Notes: a model not told the origin generated them from the sequence alone. A DNA stretch of 64,000 nucleotides from Candidatus Eiseniibacteriota bacterium (GCA_965224245.1 OZ245046.1:928001-992000); one strand, 5' to 3'; positions 40,501-50,575 are shown, counted from the first letter of the stretch. Numbers and translations: made by a program.

Positions 40501-40943
40501 GTCGACAATCCAGTCAGCCGTAGAAACGGCCCACCCCAGAACACGTGGACACGTCCGGCCCACGTTCCGCCCACGTTGGCGAAGGGATCACCGACGATGA
40601 TGTCGTCGTAGCCGTCCCCGTTCATGTCGCCCGCATTGGCCACGGAGGACCCGAATGACACCGGGACCCCGCTGGGGAGTAGCACGAGGTTGTAGCTCTC
40701 ACCGAGCAGCGGTCCTCCGAGGTAGACGAGGGCGATCCCATCGCCGTAGGAGGGAAAGCCGCTGACGAGATCCCCGTAGCCGTCGCCGTTGAAGTCACCC
40801 CCGGCGATCGAGGCCCCGTTCAGGGTTCCGGCGGGATGACCGAGGTTGTCGAGCAACGTGCGGCTCGAGATCGCATGTGCACAAGGGCTCGTGAGCGTCA
40901 GATGTGCCGTGACCACGACGAGGGACCAGCGATTGATGCTCAT
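37506..40943 (-). pseudogene. FG-GAP (integrin-alpha-like) double propeller + Ig-like + FN3-like + FlgD-Ig CTD, broken by two frameshifts
   Basis: GGAGG + ATG 40943, signal peptide; 14 D.NGDG..D repeats across three ORFs. Frameshift near 40522 (GGPF|TADWIVD) and deletion/frameshift near 39475 (ARILL|SGARFGD). Confidence 0.85.
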
Positions 40944-41619
40944 ACACACGCCTCCAGCCGAAAGGGGAAGGGAGTCATTCGTCGTCAAGAGCTAAAAGGG
41001 CAAGCAATGAGACGCTCACTCCGCCGATGGTGCTGGCAACTGGTCCCTCTGAGACCTCGGGCTTCGAGCACGCTTGGCCAATGCCCCACCCGTTGCTGGC
41101 TCCACCTCGCACCGTCGCTGCTTCGTCCTGCGAAGCCCTCGATGGTCCGGATGCCCTCATGTTCAGAGGATCATAACGCAGATTCGTGTATTCGAGTGTG
41201 TGACGGAGGAGGGCCAGTGCTCGATGAGCCGCGTCGGTCCATCCTCACCGAGTCTCCGCGCAGGGAGTGCGCTTCGACCAGTCTGCCGCTGAGATCCCGG
41301 CCACGGGCATGAGACGACCGAGAAAGCTCGATCGACTCCCACATGCGGACGTGGCTACGGATGCGGTTCAGCCAGCGACGGGCGTGATGACGCCGGAGGG
41401 CACGACGGGACGCGGGATTGGACGCGGGACACGTCCTGATACCAGCTGCCCGGTCGAGCCGGACGCTTCCATGTATCGTGATGTCCAGTGCCTCCCGGCC
41501 ATGCCATTCGCTGCGCGCTGATTGTCACGCCGGGCGATCCTTGTTCGGCCGGGACCAAGGCTCAGTGGCGACCGCACGGATGCGGTGCCACTGCTGTCGA
41601 CGATGTCGCTTCCAGTTTC

Positions 41620-41760
41620 GAATGCGCGGTGGTCAGCCAGCGTACCTTCGGTGCTTCCGGCCCCTCAAGCACCTCACCTCTAGTGCACGACGTGCCGTCA
41701 CCGCCGTGGCCCGAGAGCTCGTCAGCTTCGTGTGGATGCTGATGAAAGAAGTGGCTCCTC
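41620..41760 (+). mobile_element. IS110-family transposase C-terminal relic
   Basis: RRAVTAVARELVSFVWMLMKE matches the TAVAREL..F.W end of IS110 transposases; the rest is not recognisable. Confidence 0.55.
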
Positions 41761-41879
41761 GGCCGAGCCGGGGAGCCAGCGTTACCGTGTGGGAGGGAGG
41801 AGCCTCGCCCGCGTCAGCCCTGATGCTCGTCGAAAGCTGCTTCTCCCTCTAGTCGTTGCCTGACACCAGCCGTTCCATG

Positions 41880-43985
41880 TCAGCGAACCACGGTGATCTT
41901 CGCCGAGGCCGTTTGCTGACCGACGTCCAGGACCGCAATGTACACACCGGGGCCGACGGCGTGTCCCACCTCGTTCGTCGTGTCCCACTGCACGCGATGC
42001 CCGCCGGCGTGCTGTGGACCGCTCATGACTCGCTTGACGAGCCGTCCCCGCGCATCATGGATGCGAACCGCCACGTCCCCGCCGTGCTCGAGGGTGAACG
42101 CGATCACGGCCCGGGACTCCGAGGCATCGTACCGAGCACTCAGCTCGGCGGCCGGGCCTTCTCCCCGCCCGCCGAAGGAGACGATCTGGCCGTGCACCGA
42201 GTAGGCGAAGGTCCAGTCCTCGAGGGGGACATCGGGAATCGTCCCGATGAGCTGTGTGCCCGCTTCATCGGAGTACAGCTCGTAGAGATAGGAGAAGAGC
42301 TGCGCTTGATTGTCGTCGAAGTAGACGGGTCCGCACCAGTTGATCGAGAAGTTCTTGGCCGCGGGAACCGCCCCCGCCGGCGTTTCCTCGATGCTCATCC
42401 CCGTGCTGGCGACACCTCGTCCCCATACCTCGACGTCGATGGTCCATCCGCCGAGGACGGGCCACGTCACCTCCTCGCTGGTCACGACCTTCCGTCGTAC
42501 CCAGACCGTCTCTCCCTCGTCCACGAGCGCCGAGCCGAAGATCTGCGACTCGTAGAGCGGCGTACCGGTCGGCTCTGCGGTGCCGCCGACGGTCTCGCGG
42601 TGCCAGAGAAACCAGGGCTCCTCGAGATACTCGAGCGCTCGTCCCGCGTTGAGTCGACCCCTCCCCGTGTAGATGTCCTCACCGGTCTCCGGGTCCTCGC
42701 CGCTGACGACGATGTTGTCGGCGGATCGTTTGATGATGCCCTCGATGTCATCGTTGTAGAGCTGAGGACTGTGGCCGAGCATGAGCGTGGCAACGCCCGA
42801 GGCCTGTGGCGCGGCGACAGAGGTCCCCGAGTAGCAGCCGACGGTCGGTGCGCCGGTCGCGTCGCTGAGATCGACGGTCATGATGTGGCGCGCCGGTGCG
42901 ACCAGATCGAGGGTCTCTCCGTGACAGAACGGTCCCCATGTGCCGATGCCGATGTCGTCGTCCACATCCACGCCACCCACCGCGAGAATGCCGGGTCCCC
43001 GGTAGGAGGCGGGATACGTCTCGTCGTTCGCATACGGGGGACTCTCGCAATGGTTGTTTCCGGTCGCGGCGACAGCCAGGTGATTGAGAAGGTAGATGTC
43101 GCGGAACCCGCTGCGCTTCACGTCGTTGAAGAGCCCGATGTAGCTGTGGTTGCTCACGTCCGAGTTGTCCACCGTCACGATGTCGCGTAGCTCCTGGGCG
43201 GTAGCGGTCAGCCTTCTGGAGTGGATGTTCGTCTTCCAGTCCAGTCCGCGGATGTACGCGCCGTTGCATCCGGTGGCCGCGGCGACCCCTGCAACGTGCA
43301 TGCCGTGTTTGCTGCTGAAGGTCGTGCCGTTCCAGCTGAGGATCCGGCTTCCGAAGTCAGGATGGACGCCCGGAGGAAACGGGGCGTCCATGATCACCAG
43401 AGTGGTGGCGCTGGATCCGGTCGTGATGTTCCAGGCCGTCTCGGCATCGATGTCCGTGCTCCCGGAGTCGTAGTTCGAACCGTTGCACAGGAACGTGGCG
43501 CCGTCGCTGTTGAGGTACCACTGATCCGGGTATCGCGGATCGGTCAGAAAGCAGGTGTAGGACACGAGCTCGTCGTCCGTCGTCACACCCGCGACGTGCA
43601 CGTCGGACAGGGACTCGAGCGCGTCGGCGAACTTCTGATGATCCGCCAGGGACCTCCCGTCCGGGAGGTACAGCAGGTAGTACTCGCTGTAGTCCGTCAG
43701 TCGCACGGTCTCACCCGTCCGCGCGGTCGCATACAGGTCCTTCGCCGGATCGAATCCGGGCCACATTCGCTCGACCTCGGTCACCCCCCACTGCTGGAGC
43801 GTCGACAGCACGGCAGGGGAGGTGACCGCGCCGGGCTGTGACGGGATCACGGGCTGGGTTCTCGGGGCGTCGACGACCCCCGATCGCAAAATGACGTACA
43901 CATGCTCCGGTGTGGGCGCCGAAGCTCGAGCGGCGCCGATCGCGCAGCTCAGCAGCACCAGGCTGCACAGCGTCCTGACCATCAC
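41880..43985 (-). CDS. Exported S8 (subtilisin-like) serine peptidase with FlgD-Ig CTD
   Basis: GGAGG RBS, signal peptide, propeptide; triad LVIMD, KHGMHVAGVAAA, SGTSVAAPQASG; oxyanion AATGN; CTD. Confidence 0.9.
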   Translation of the reverse strand: MMVRTLCSLVLLSCAIGAARASAPTPEHVYVILRSGVVDAPRTQPVIPSQPGAVTSPAVLSTLQQWGVTEVERMWPGFDPAKDLYATARTGETVRLTDYSEYYLLYLPDGRSLADHQKFADALESLSDVHVAGVTTDDELVSYTCFLTDPRYPDQWYLNSDGATFLCNGSNYDSGSTDIDAETAWNITTGSSATTLVIMDAPFPPGVHPDFGSRILSWNGTTFSSKHGMHVAGVAAATGCNGAYIRGLDWKTNIHSRRLTATAQELRDIVTVDNSDVSNHSYIGLFNDVKRSGFRDIYLLNHLAVAATGNNHCESPPYANDETYPASYRGPGILAVGGVDVDDDIGIGTWGPFCHGETLDLVAPARHIMTVDLSDATGAPTVGCYSGTSVAAPQASGVATLMLGHSPQLYNDDIEGIIKRSADNIVVSGEDPETGEDIYTGRGRLNAGRALEYLEEPWFLWHRETVGGTAEPTGTPLYESQIFGSALVDEGETVWVRRKVVTSEEVTWPVLGGWTIDVEVWGRGVASTGMSIEETPAGAVPAAKNFSINWCGPVYFDDNQAQLFSYLYELYSDEAGTQLIGTIPDVPLEDWTFAYSVHGQIVSFGGRGEGPAAELSARYDASESRAVIAFTLEHGGDVAVRIHDARGRLVKRVMSGPQHAGGHRVQWDTTNEVGHAVGPGVYIAVLDVGQQTASAKITVVR

Positions 43986-44521
43986 TCACCTCCATCTCGA
44001 ACGACTCACAGTATCCGGCGTCGAACGGCGCGCGACCGTTCGCGTCCAGCTCCTCGACCGACCCCAAACGCAATTGCCGGGCCAGTCGTGCCAGCACGTC
44101 ACAAGTCGCATGGTGAAGGGAAGGTGGGTCGAGGCGGTCGCGACGGTCACATCGCGGAGCGGCCCTGATTCGTACGACGCTGCCTGACGCTCGTGTGCGG
44201 GTCCGCACCAACCCGGGCACCCTTCCTCGCCTGGCTGGCCGCCAACGGGGAGGGAGATCCATGGCAGGAGTGACATTGATCACGCTGGATGTGCGGGAAC
44301 CGCTGGTCCGGCTGGCGCGCGGGGGTGATTCACACGACGGTGGTCATCCTCGGATTGCTCCGCGCACCGCTCGGCGACCTCGGCGGCATTGATGCGGCTG
44401 TCGTTTGCGCCGACGAGGGGCTACGCGGTACACTGCCATGCGACCAGCCCGTTGGAGTCGGGGAAGCCGGGTTTGACGGCTCATCCTCCCCGAGCGGAGG
44501 ATGAACGCGCTTCTCCAAAAG

Positions 44522-44578
44522 GGATCCTCTCCTAGGCCGCTCTGCGCACGACTCCGAGTGCGCGAGGATCCAAGGCTC
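44522..44578. repeat. Structured intergenic repeat, copy 1
   Basis: GGATCCTCTCCTAGGCCGCTCTGCGCAC-gactccga-GTGCGCGAGGATCCAAGGCTC; arms identical to 47558-47615; overlaps the perfect palindrome TCCAAGGCTCATGAGCCTTGGA (44569-44590). Confidence 0.9.
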
Positions 44579-44635
44579 ATGAGCCTTGGAGCATCCGGTT
44601 CGCCACGCTGGATGCGGTCCCATTGGAGGAGCCCG

Positions 44636-46669
44636 ATGATCCCGACACTCACCCGTCGTCTCGCCACGATCGGCGCGCTCTCCGCGCTTTGCCTCCCGGC
44701 CGGACACGCCGGCCCGCTGACCGACAGGGGCACGCAACCCGGATTGGCCTTTCCCATTCTCTCACCCGGCGACTGTGGTGGCTGCCACGCCAACTACTCC
44801 GGCCACAACATCGAGCCCTTCGACACGTGGGCCGGCTCGATGATGGCTCAGGCCTCACGCGATCCGCTGTTCTGGGCCGCGTTGGACGTCGCCGAGGAAG
44901 ACCTTCCCGGAGCGGGCGACTTCTGCCTGCGCTGCCACGTCCCCACGGGATGGTTGGCCGGGCGTTCCGAACCCCCGGGCGGCTCCACCGACGGATGTGG
45001 CTTCGAGGGGAAGATGGATGAGCGCGACAAGGACCTTGAAGGGGTTTCCTGCCATCTCTGCCACCGCATGATGATCAACCCCGCCCCTCCCGGCGGCGAG
45101 GAGAGCGTGTACTACGAGAACGGCCAGTTCTGGATCGACGACAGCGATTGCGGGGGACAGGGAGAGCCCTGCCGCCGCGGTCCCTACGACTACCCGGCCG
45201 ATGGCACAGAGCCGCCGCCGCACGCATGGGAACACTCGCAGTACCACGAGGACTCCGACAACTGCGGCAACTGCCACAACGTCACCAATCCGGTGAAGAA
45301 TCTCATCACCGACGGTGTGGACACCGGTATCCCGTATCCGATCGAGCGGACGTTCAAGGAGTGGGAGCAGAGCGACTTCGGGCAGCCCGGTTCAGGTACC
45401 TTCCTGACGTGTCAAAACTGCCACATGCCCGATGCGACCGTGAATCCGGCTCACGCCTGTAGTGACGGGATCAACAACCACACCGGTGATCTCCCCATCC
45501 ATCAGCTCGCGGGCGGCAACGCCTGGATCCCGGAGGTTCTGCGCTTGGAGTATCCCAACCTCGACCTGAACTCCGAGTTCATCGCCACGCGGGACTGGGC
45601 GCTGTTCATGCTGCAGAACGCGTCGGCGGAGATCACGATGGCCGCTCCGGACACCGTGGTCCACGGTACGAACCTGCCGCTCACGGTGCAGGTCACCAAC
45701 CTCACCGGGCACAAGCTACCCACCGGATACCCGGAGGGACGGCGGATGTGGATCAACCTCCAGGTGAGGGACGGAGTCGACAACCTGATCTGGGAGAGCG
45801 GCGCCTACGACGACGTCAACGGCGTTCTGACCCACGATTCGGCGATCAAGGTGTACCACTCAGAGCCGGGCATCCACGATTACAACGGCACCGGGGAGTG
45901 CGACTGCGAAGACACGTCGGGGAACCGGCTGTTTCACTTCGTGCTGAACGACTGCATCAAGGTCGACAATCGCATTCCACCGCTCGGTTTCATTGGGATG
46001 AACGATCCCGAGACCCAGCCGATCGCCTACACCTATCCGGAGACGTCTCCCGGATCCGGTGTGCTGGTGAACTACGATCTGACCTCGTACTCAGTCCCCA
46101 TCCCGGTGGATACGCCGACGCCGCTCAGCGTGACGGCCACTCTGCGCTACCAGACTACGAGCAAGGAGTACGTGGACTTCCTGCGGGACGAGGCGATCGA
46201 CAACGGGTTCCCTCCTGACTGCATCGAACGGTCGGATGGATTCCCCACCGAGACCCGCGGAGAGATTCTGCATCAAATGTGGATGGACCACGGTCGCTGC
46301 CCGCCGGTGGACATGGTCTCGTCGTTGGCCACGGTCGAGGTGACCGACGAGCTCCTCGACGCGATCGAGCCTGGGGCCTCGCGTCCACTGAGCCTCGCGC
46401 GGAGCGTGCCGAACCCCGCGTCGGCGGCGACTGGCGGTGCAGTGATCTCGTGCTTCGTGGCGCGAGCGGGGTACGCCCGGATCGAAATCCATGACGTGAG
46501 TGGTCGCGTCGTGCGGGTACTGACGGATCGACACATTCCCGCGGGACCGTTCTCCGTCCGCTGGGACGGACGCGACGCCCGGGGTCGGGTCGTCGCGCCC
46601 GGCGCCTACCACTACCGCCTCACCATGGGTGAGAAGCAGCTGACCCGACGGCTCATCGTGGTGCGGTAG
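44636..46669 (+). CDS. Exported multiheme (5 x CxxCH) c-type cytochrome with FlgD-Ig CTD
   Basis: GGAGGA RBS + ATG 44636, signal ending PAGHA; CGGCH, CLRCH, CHLCH, CGNCH, CQNCH; GHKLPTGYPEGRRMW; CTD VPNP...WDGRDARGRVVAPGAY. Confidence 0.9.
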   Translation: MIPTLTRRLATIGALSALCLPAGHAGPLTDRGTQPGLAFPILSPGDCGGCHANYSGHNIEPFDTWAGSMMAQASRDPLFWAALDVAEEDLPGAGDFCLRCHVPTGWLAGRSEPPGGSTDGCGFEGKMDERDKDLEGVSCHLCHRMMINPAPPGGEESVYYENGQFWIDDSDCGGQGEPCRRGPYDYPADGTEPPPHAWEHSQYHEDSDNCGNCHNVTNPVKNLITDGVDTGIPYPIERTFKEWEQSDFGQPGSGTFLTCQNCHMPDATVNPAHACSDGINNHTGDLPIHQLAGGNAWIPEVLRLEYPNLDLNSEFIATRDWALFMLQNASAEITMAAPDTVVHGTNLPLTVQVTNLTGHKLPTGYPEGRRMWINLQVRDGVDNLIWESGAYDDVNGVLTHDSAIKVYHSEPGIHDYNGTGECDCEDTSGNRLFHFVLNDCIKVDNRIPPLGFIGMNDPETQPIAYTYPETSPGSGVLVNYDLTSYSVPIPVDTPTPLSVTATLRYQTTSKEYVDFLRDEAIDNGFPPDCIERSDGFPTETRGEILHQMWMDHGRCPPVDMVSSLATVEVTDELLDAIEPGASRPLSLARSVPNPASAATGGAVISCFVARAGYARIEIHDVSGRVVRVLTDRHIPAGPFSVRWDGRDARGRVVAPGAYHYRLTMGEKQLTRRLIVVR

Positions 46670-46689
46670 TACCGTCACATTCCTGTTCT

Positions 46690-47005
46690 CTACGGCACGA
46701 TCGCCACCATCCCGGACGTGCCCCAGCGGCGCAGCACTGCAGGTTTTGCGCAGCACCATGGCCTCGTGATAGGTGCCAGGCGCGATCATGACGTCCCCGC
46801 CCGGGAACGCCGCACCGTGGCCTTCTCCGATGCGATTCCAGGGAGCCGCCGCTGATCCGTCCTCCCATCCACTGGAGCTCCAGTCAACGTGGACGGTGGC
46901 ACGCCCCGCATTCGTGAGGGTCACGACCGAACTGTGCTCGTCAGCCCATTCGACGGTGGCGACAATACCGTTGGACAGGTCAACGAACGACTCACCGGGG
47001 AGCGG
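46690..47005 (-). pseudogene. 3' fragment of a protein with the same DUF1565-like tail as 22836-25415
   Basis: VHVDWSSSGWEDGSAAAPWNRIGEG...IAPGTYHE, frameshift in an A-run, PAVLRRWGTSGMVAIVP*; no 5' end. Confidence 0.7.
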
Positions 47006-47339
47006 CCGGGGGATCTGTGCCTCTCGCGCCGTGCCTACGACCGCAGGGTGGCCGGTGTCGTCGGCGGCGCGGGTGGTCTGTCCGTGGGCGCCGTACTCGG
47101 CAATCTCCCCGGCACGGCCCGGACAGCGCCCGTGGCGCTCGGCGGTCGGGTATGGGTCAAGTGCGATGCCTCCGCACATGCGATCGTCGCGGGTGACCTG
47201 CTCACGACGTCCGCCGTTCCCGGCCACGCCATGAAGGTCACCGACCACGACCGGGCCCGGGGTGCGATCATCGGGCAAGGCCATGACGGAGCTCGCGGCC
47301 GGGCGTGGACTGGTCTTGGTTCGGGTGCGTCGTCGATGA
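46998..47339 (+). pseudogene. 3' fragment of a paralog of the fibre protein 20953-22821
   Basis: ERPGDLCLSRRAYDRRVAGVVGGAGG...GDLLTTSAVPGHAMK...GAIIG, frameshift, KAMTELAAGRGLVLV; no 5' end. Confidence 0.8.
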
Positions 47340-47557
47340 AGGCGCTGCGCGACCCCATCGAGGTGTGCGGACCTCGCGCCGAAGCCCGTATACGTAGAAC
47401 CCCCTATCGTCCCGAGCGGCTCGTCCGTGGTTCGATTCGAGGTTTGAGTGGGTGTATCGACCGCCAGACATGGCGTGTCTCCGACTCGAGCCAGGAAGCC
47501 ATGCATTGACGGCTCGCCGCCCCATGACCCGGGCGAGCGATGGTGACTCTCCGAATC

Positions 47558-47615
47558 GGATCCTCTCCTAGGCCGCTCTGCGCACACTTCTCCGGTGCGC
47601 GAGGATCCAAGGCTC
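47558..47615. repeat. Structured intergenic repeat, copy 2
   Basis: GGATCCTCTCCTAGGCCGCTCTGCGCAC-acttctccg-GTGCGCGAGGATCCAAGGCTC. Confidence 0.9.
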
Positions 47616-47832
47616 GCAGTCTCGACCCAATGTCAAGACGTCGAGCGTTGCGGAAGCGGTCTGGGTCGATGGAGTCTCGACCCCGCGAAAGTCAGTCGCG
47701 GAAGCTCCTGAGGTCCACTACCTGCCTGTGCGCGCCGACGTCGGTGCGTTGCCACCCATGTGACGCCCGGAGGCGGCCTGTCAGACCAACCTCGTGGTGT
47801 CTAGCGACGCTGACCGCACCTTGGAGGCCGAC

Positions 47833-50553
47833 ATGTCACGATGGTCACCCGTTCTCCTGCTGATGATGTTCTGGCATGGACCCGCGTCCTCCTCCACCTA
47901 CGAGATCGATCCGGCCGGTGGGGGCGATTTCGCCACCATCCAGGAAGCGATCGACTTCGCCGTGAACGGAGACATCATCGAGCTGACCGACGGTACGTTT
48001 ACCGGTACGGGAAACGTGGACCTGGACTTCGGAGGGAAACAGCTCATCGTTCGGTCGCAGGGCGGTGATCCTTGGAACTGCATCATCGACTGTGACGGGA
48101 GCGCTGGAACGCCGCATCGCGCTTTCATCTTCGAGAACGGGGAAGACAGCAACTCGAGAGTCGAGAACATCGCGATGATCTATGGTTACCAGACCTCGGG
48201 GGGGGCGGTATTGGTGACCGATGGTGGGCCAGTGTTCAGCGGTTGCGTGTTCTCGCGGTGTCAGGCATCGTCGGGCGGCGTGGTACGGGCGGAGGGGATG
48301 CTCTCGTTTCCGAGGTTCGAGTACTGCACCTTCGTCGACAACAGAGCAGCATCCACCGGCGCCATCGCATCGGTCTTATCCCAGGCGGTGCTGTACGTCT
48401 ACGACACAACCGCCTACCGGAACGGATCTGGTGGAGAAACTCTGTTTCAGTTCTCCTTCGATACCAGCGCGCACATCGAACGGACCATCATCGCGTTCAA
48501 CGACTGCACCGCTCCAGTCCAGAGCGATCCGGGTGCGGGACTGTCCGTCTCCTGCACCGACATCCATGGGAACTCGGGCGGCGACTGGATCGGTTCGGTC
48601 GCGGGTCTGGAGGGGGTGAGCGACAACTTCTCGCTGGACCCGTTGTTCTGTGATGCGGGCGGTGCTGACTTCACCCTTCACTCGAACTCGCCCTGCTCGG
48701 CGACGAGTGGGTTCTCCACGTGCGGACAGATCGGGGCCTGGCCGGACGGGTGCGGGCCGCAGGGGTTCGTGGTGGATCCGTCGGGAGCCGGGGACTACCC
48801 GACCATCCAAGCCGCGCTGGACGCCGCGCCCCCCGGGGAGACGGTGGAGCTGACCGACGGGACCTTCACCGGTGATGGGAATCGCGACCTGAGCTTCGGG
48901 GGTAAGGCGCTGACGCTCCGTTCCATCAGCGCCGATGCCACACTCTGCATCATCGACTGTCAAGGATCGGCCGGGGATCCGCACCGCGGCTTCGTGGTTG
49001 AGGATGGCGAAACACAGAGTACCCGCGTTGAAGACATCACCATCGCGAACGGATACGCGACGATCCGGGGCGGTGCCATTCTGGTCACGAAGGGTGACGC
49101 CACCTTCGAGCGGTGCATCTTCCGCGACTGCGCCGCGCTCAACGGCGGGGTCTACGGGACCGAGAACCTGGGGAGCACTCTGCACCTGTACTCGTGTCTG
49201 ATGGTGGACAACATCGGCTCCGGGGGCGCGGTGGGCTCGGTGATCGAGAGCGCCTCATCGGTTCTGTTCCACTGTACGATCGCTCGGAACGGTGACGGGA
49301 GCGGTCCACTGATCCTGCTCCAGGAGACCTCGACCCTCATCCAGGACACGATCATCGCATTCAACGACTGCACCCTGCCGGTGTGGTGCATTCTCACCTA
49401 CGTCGCGATCGAGTGCAGCGACGTCTTCGGGAACAGCGGCGGCGACTGGGTCGGGTGTCTCGAGGACCTCGAGGGTATGGGCGGCAACGTCTCCCTGGAC
49501 CCCCACTTCTGCGACCCGGACGCGGACGACTTCTCCCTCAATGTCGTCTCCCCCTGCGGTGCCGAGCTGTCGACCTGTGGGCGCATCGGCGCGTTCGACG
49601 TCGCGTGTTCCTGGGCCTTGGGGGACGTCACGGATGTGCCCAATGATCAGGGACGCGAGACCTACGTCAGCTGGGACCGATTCCCGTACGATGCCCCGGG
49701 CAACCCGGAGACCATCACCCACTACAGCCTCTTCCGACGGATCGATCCCCTGTCGCGGTGTGGCGACGGCGCGGCCGGCGATCACGCGCGTGACTATCCC
49801 CCAGGAAGCTGGAGCTACTTGCTGAGCGTGCCCGCGTACGGCGAGGACACATACACGGTCGTGGCCCCGACCGCCTGCGACTCGACGGTCAGTGAGGGGC
49901 TGTGCTGGTCCGTCTTCTTCGTGCGTGCCGGGACGGATGACCCGTTCACCTACTACGACGCAGTGCCCGACAGCGGGTACTCGGTGGACAACCTGGCCCC
50001 CGGCATCCCGACCGGACTCGTTCTCGGGGACACCGATCTCTCCTGGGATGCCGCGACGGAGGAGGATTTCCAGCATCACTCGGTGTATGGATCAGCGTCG
50101 ATGGAGTTCGACCCGACGGCGACACTGATCGGGTACACGATCGACCCGACGTATGACGTGAGCGCCGAGTCGTACGGGTTCTATCACGTGACGACGACCG
50201 ATCACGCGGGGAACGAGGGGGAGGCCGCGAGCGTGGAAGGCGCCTTGCTCTCGTCGCCCGAGATCACCATTCCGGCGGCCTTCGCACTGTCGAACGCCGG
50301 TCCCAATCCGTTCCGTGCGGGCACGTCTCTGACGATTGCGCTGCCGGAGGCGCGCGAGGTGCGACTGACGATCCACGATGTGAGCGGTCGCCTGGTCCGA
50401 AGTCTGGTAACGGGGCCATACACCGCGGGCTTCCACCCGGTGATCTGGGATGCGCGAGACGATGGTGCTCGTCGCGTGGGCCCGGGGATCTACTTCGCGT
50501 GGATCCAGGCAGGGGAGTACGAGGCGGTCCGGCGGCTCACGATGATCCGCTGA
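47833..50553 (+). CDS. Exported protein with two tandem beta-helix modules, FN3-like module and FlgD-Ig CTD
   Basis: GGAGG + ATG 47833, signal peptide; two GD[FY].TIQ.A[IL]D...ELTDGTFTG.GN.DL.FGGK modules homologous to 1495-2673; C-terminal part homologous to 25909-29253. Confidence 0.9.
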   Translation: MSRWSPVLLLMMFWHGPASSSTYEIDPAGGGDFATIQEAIDFAVNGDIIELTDGTFTGTGNVDLDFGGKQLIVRSQGGDPWNCIIDCDGSAGTPHRAFIFENGEDSNSRVENIAMIYGYQTSGGAVLVTDGGPVFSGCVFSRCQASSGGVVRAEGMLSFPRFEYCTFVDNRAASTGAIASVLSQAVLYVYDTTAYRNGSGGETLFQFSFDTSAHIERTIIAFNDCTAPVQSDPGAGLSVSCTDIHGNSGGDWIGSVAGLEGVSDNFSLDPLFCDAGGADFTLHSNSPCSATSGFSTCGQIGAWPDGCGPQGFVVDPSGAGDYPTIQAALDAAPPGETVELTDGTFTGDGNRDLSFGGKALTLRSISADATLCIIDCQGSAGDPHRGFVVEDGETQSTRVEDITIANGYATIRGGAILVTKGDATFERCIFRDCAALNGGVYGTENLGSTLHLYSCLMVDNIGSGGAVGSVIESASSVLFHCTIARNGDGSGPLILLQETSTLIQDTIIAFNDCTLPVWCILTYVAIECSDVFGNSGGDWVGCLEDLEGMGGNVSLDPHFCDPDADDFSLNVVSPCGAELSTCGRIGAFDVACSWALGDVTDVPNDQGRETYVSWDRFPYDAPGNPETITHYSLFRRIDPLSRCGDGAAGDHARDYPPGSWSYLLSVPAYGEDTYTVVAPTACDSTVSEGLCWSVFFVRAGTDDPFTYYDAVPDSGYSVDNLAPGIPTGLVLGDTDLSWDAATEEDFQHHSVYGSASMEFDPTATLIGYTIDPTYDVSAESYGFYHVTTTDHAGNEGEAASVEGALLSSPEITIPAAFALSNAGPNPFRAGTSLTIALPEAREVRLTIHDVSGRLVRSLVTGPYTAGFHPVIWDARDDGARRVGPGIYFAWIQAGEYEAVRRLTMIR

Positions 50554-50575
50554 GAGACGCGACACGTCTGATACG

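Noticed and set aside
41812-41842. CAGCCCTGATGCTCGTCGAAAGCTG as a hammerhead ribozyme core
   Set aside because: It has CUGAUGC rather than CUGANGA, and no convincing stems II and III.
44522-47615. Structured repeat as an integron attC site
   Set aside because: It lacks the RYYYAAC...GTTRRRY boxes, no integrase is in the window, and genes are in mixed orientation. It is kept as an unclassified element.
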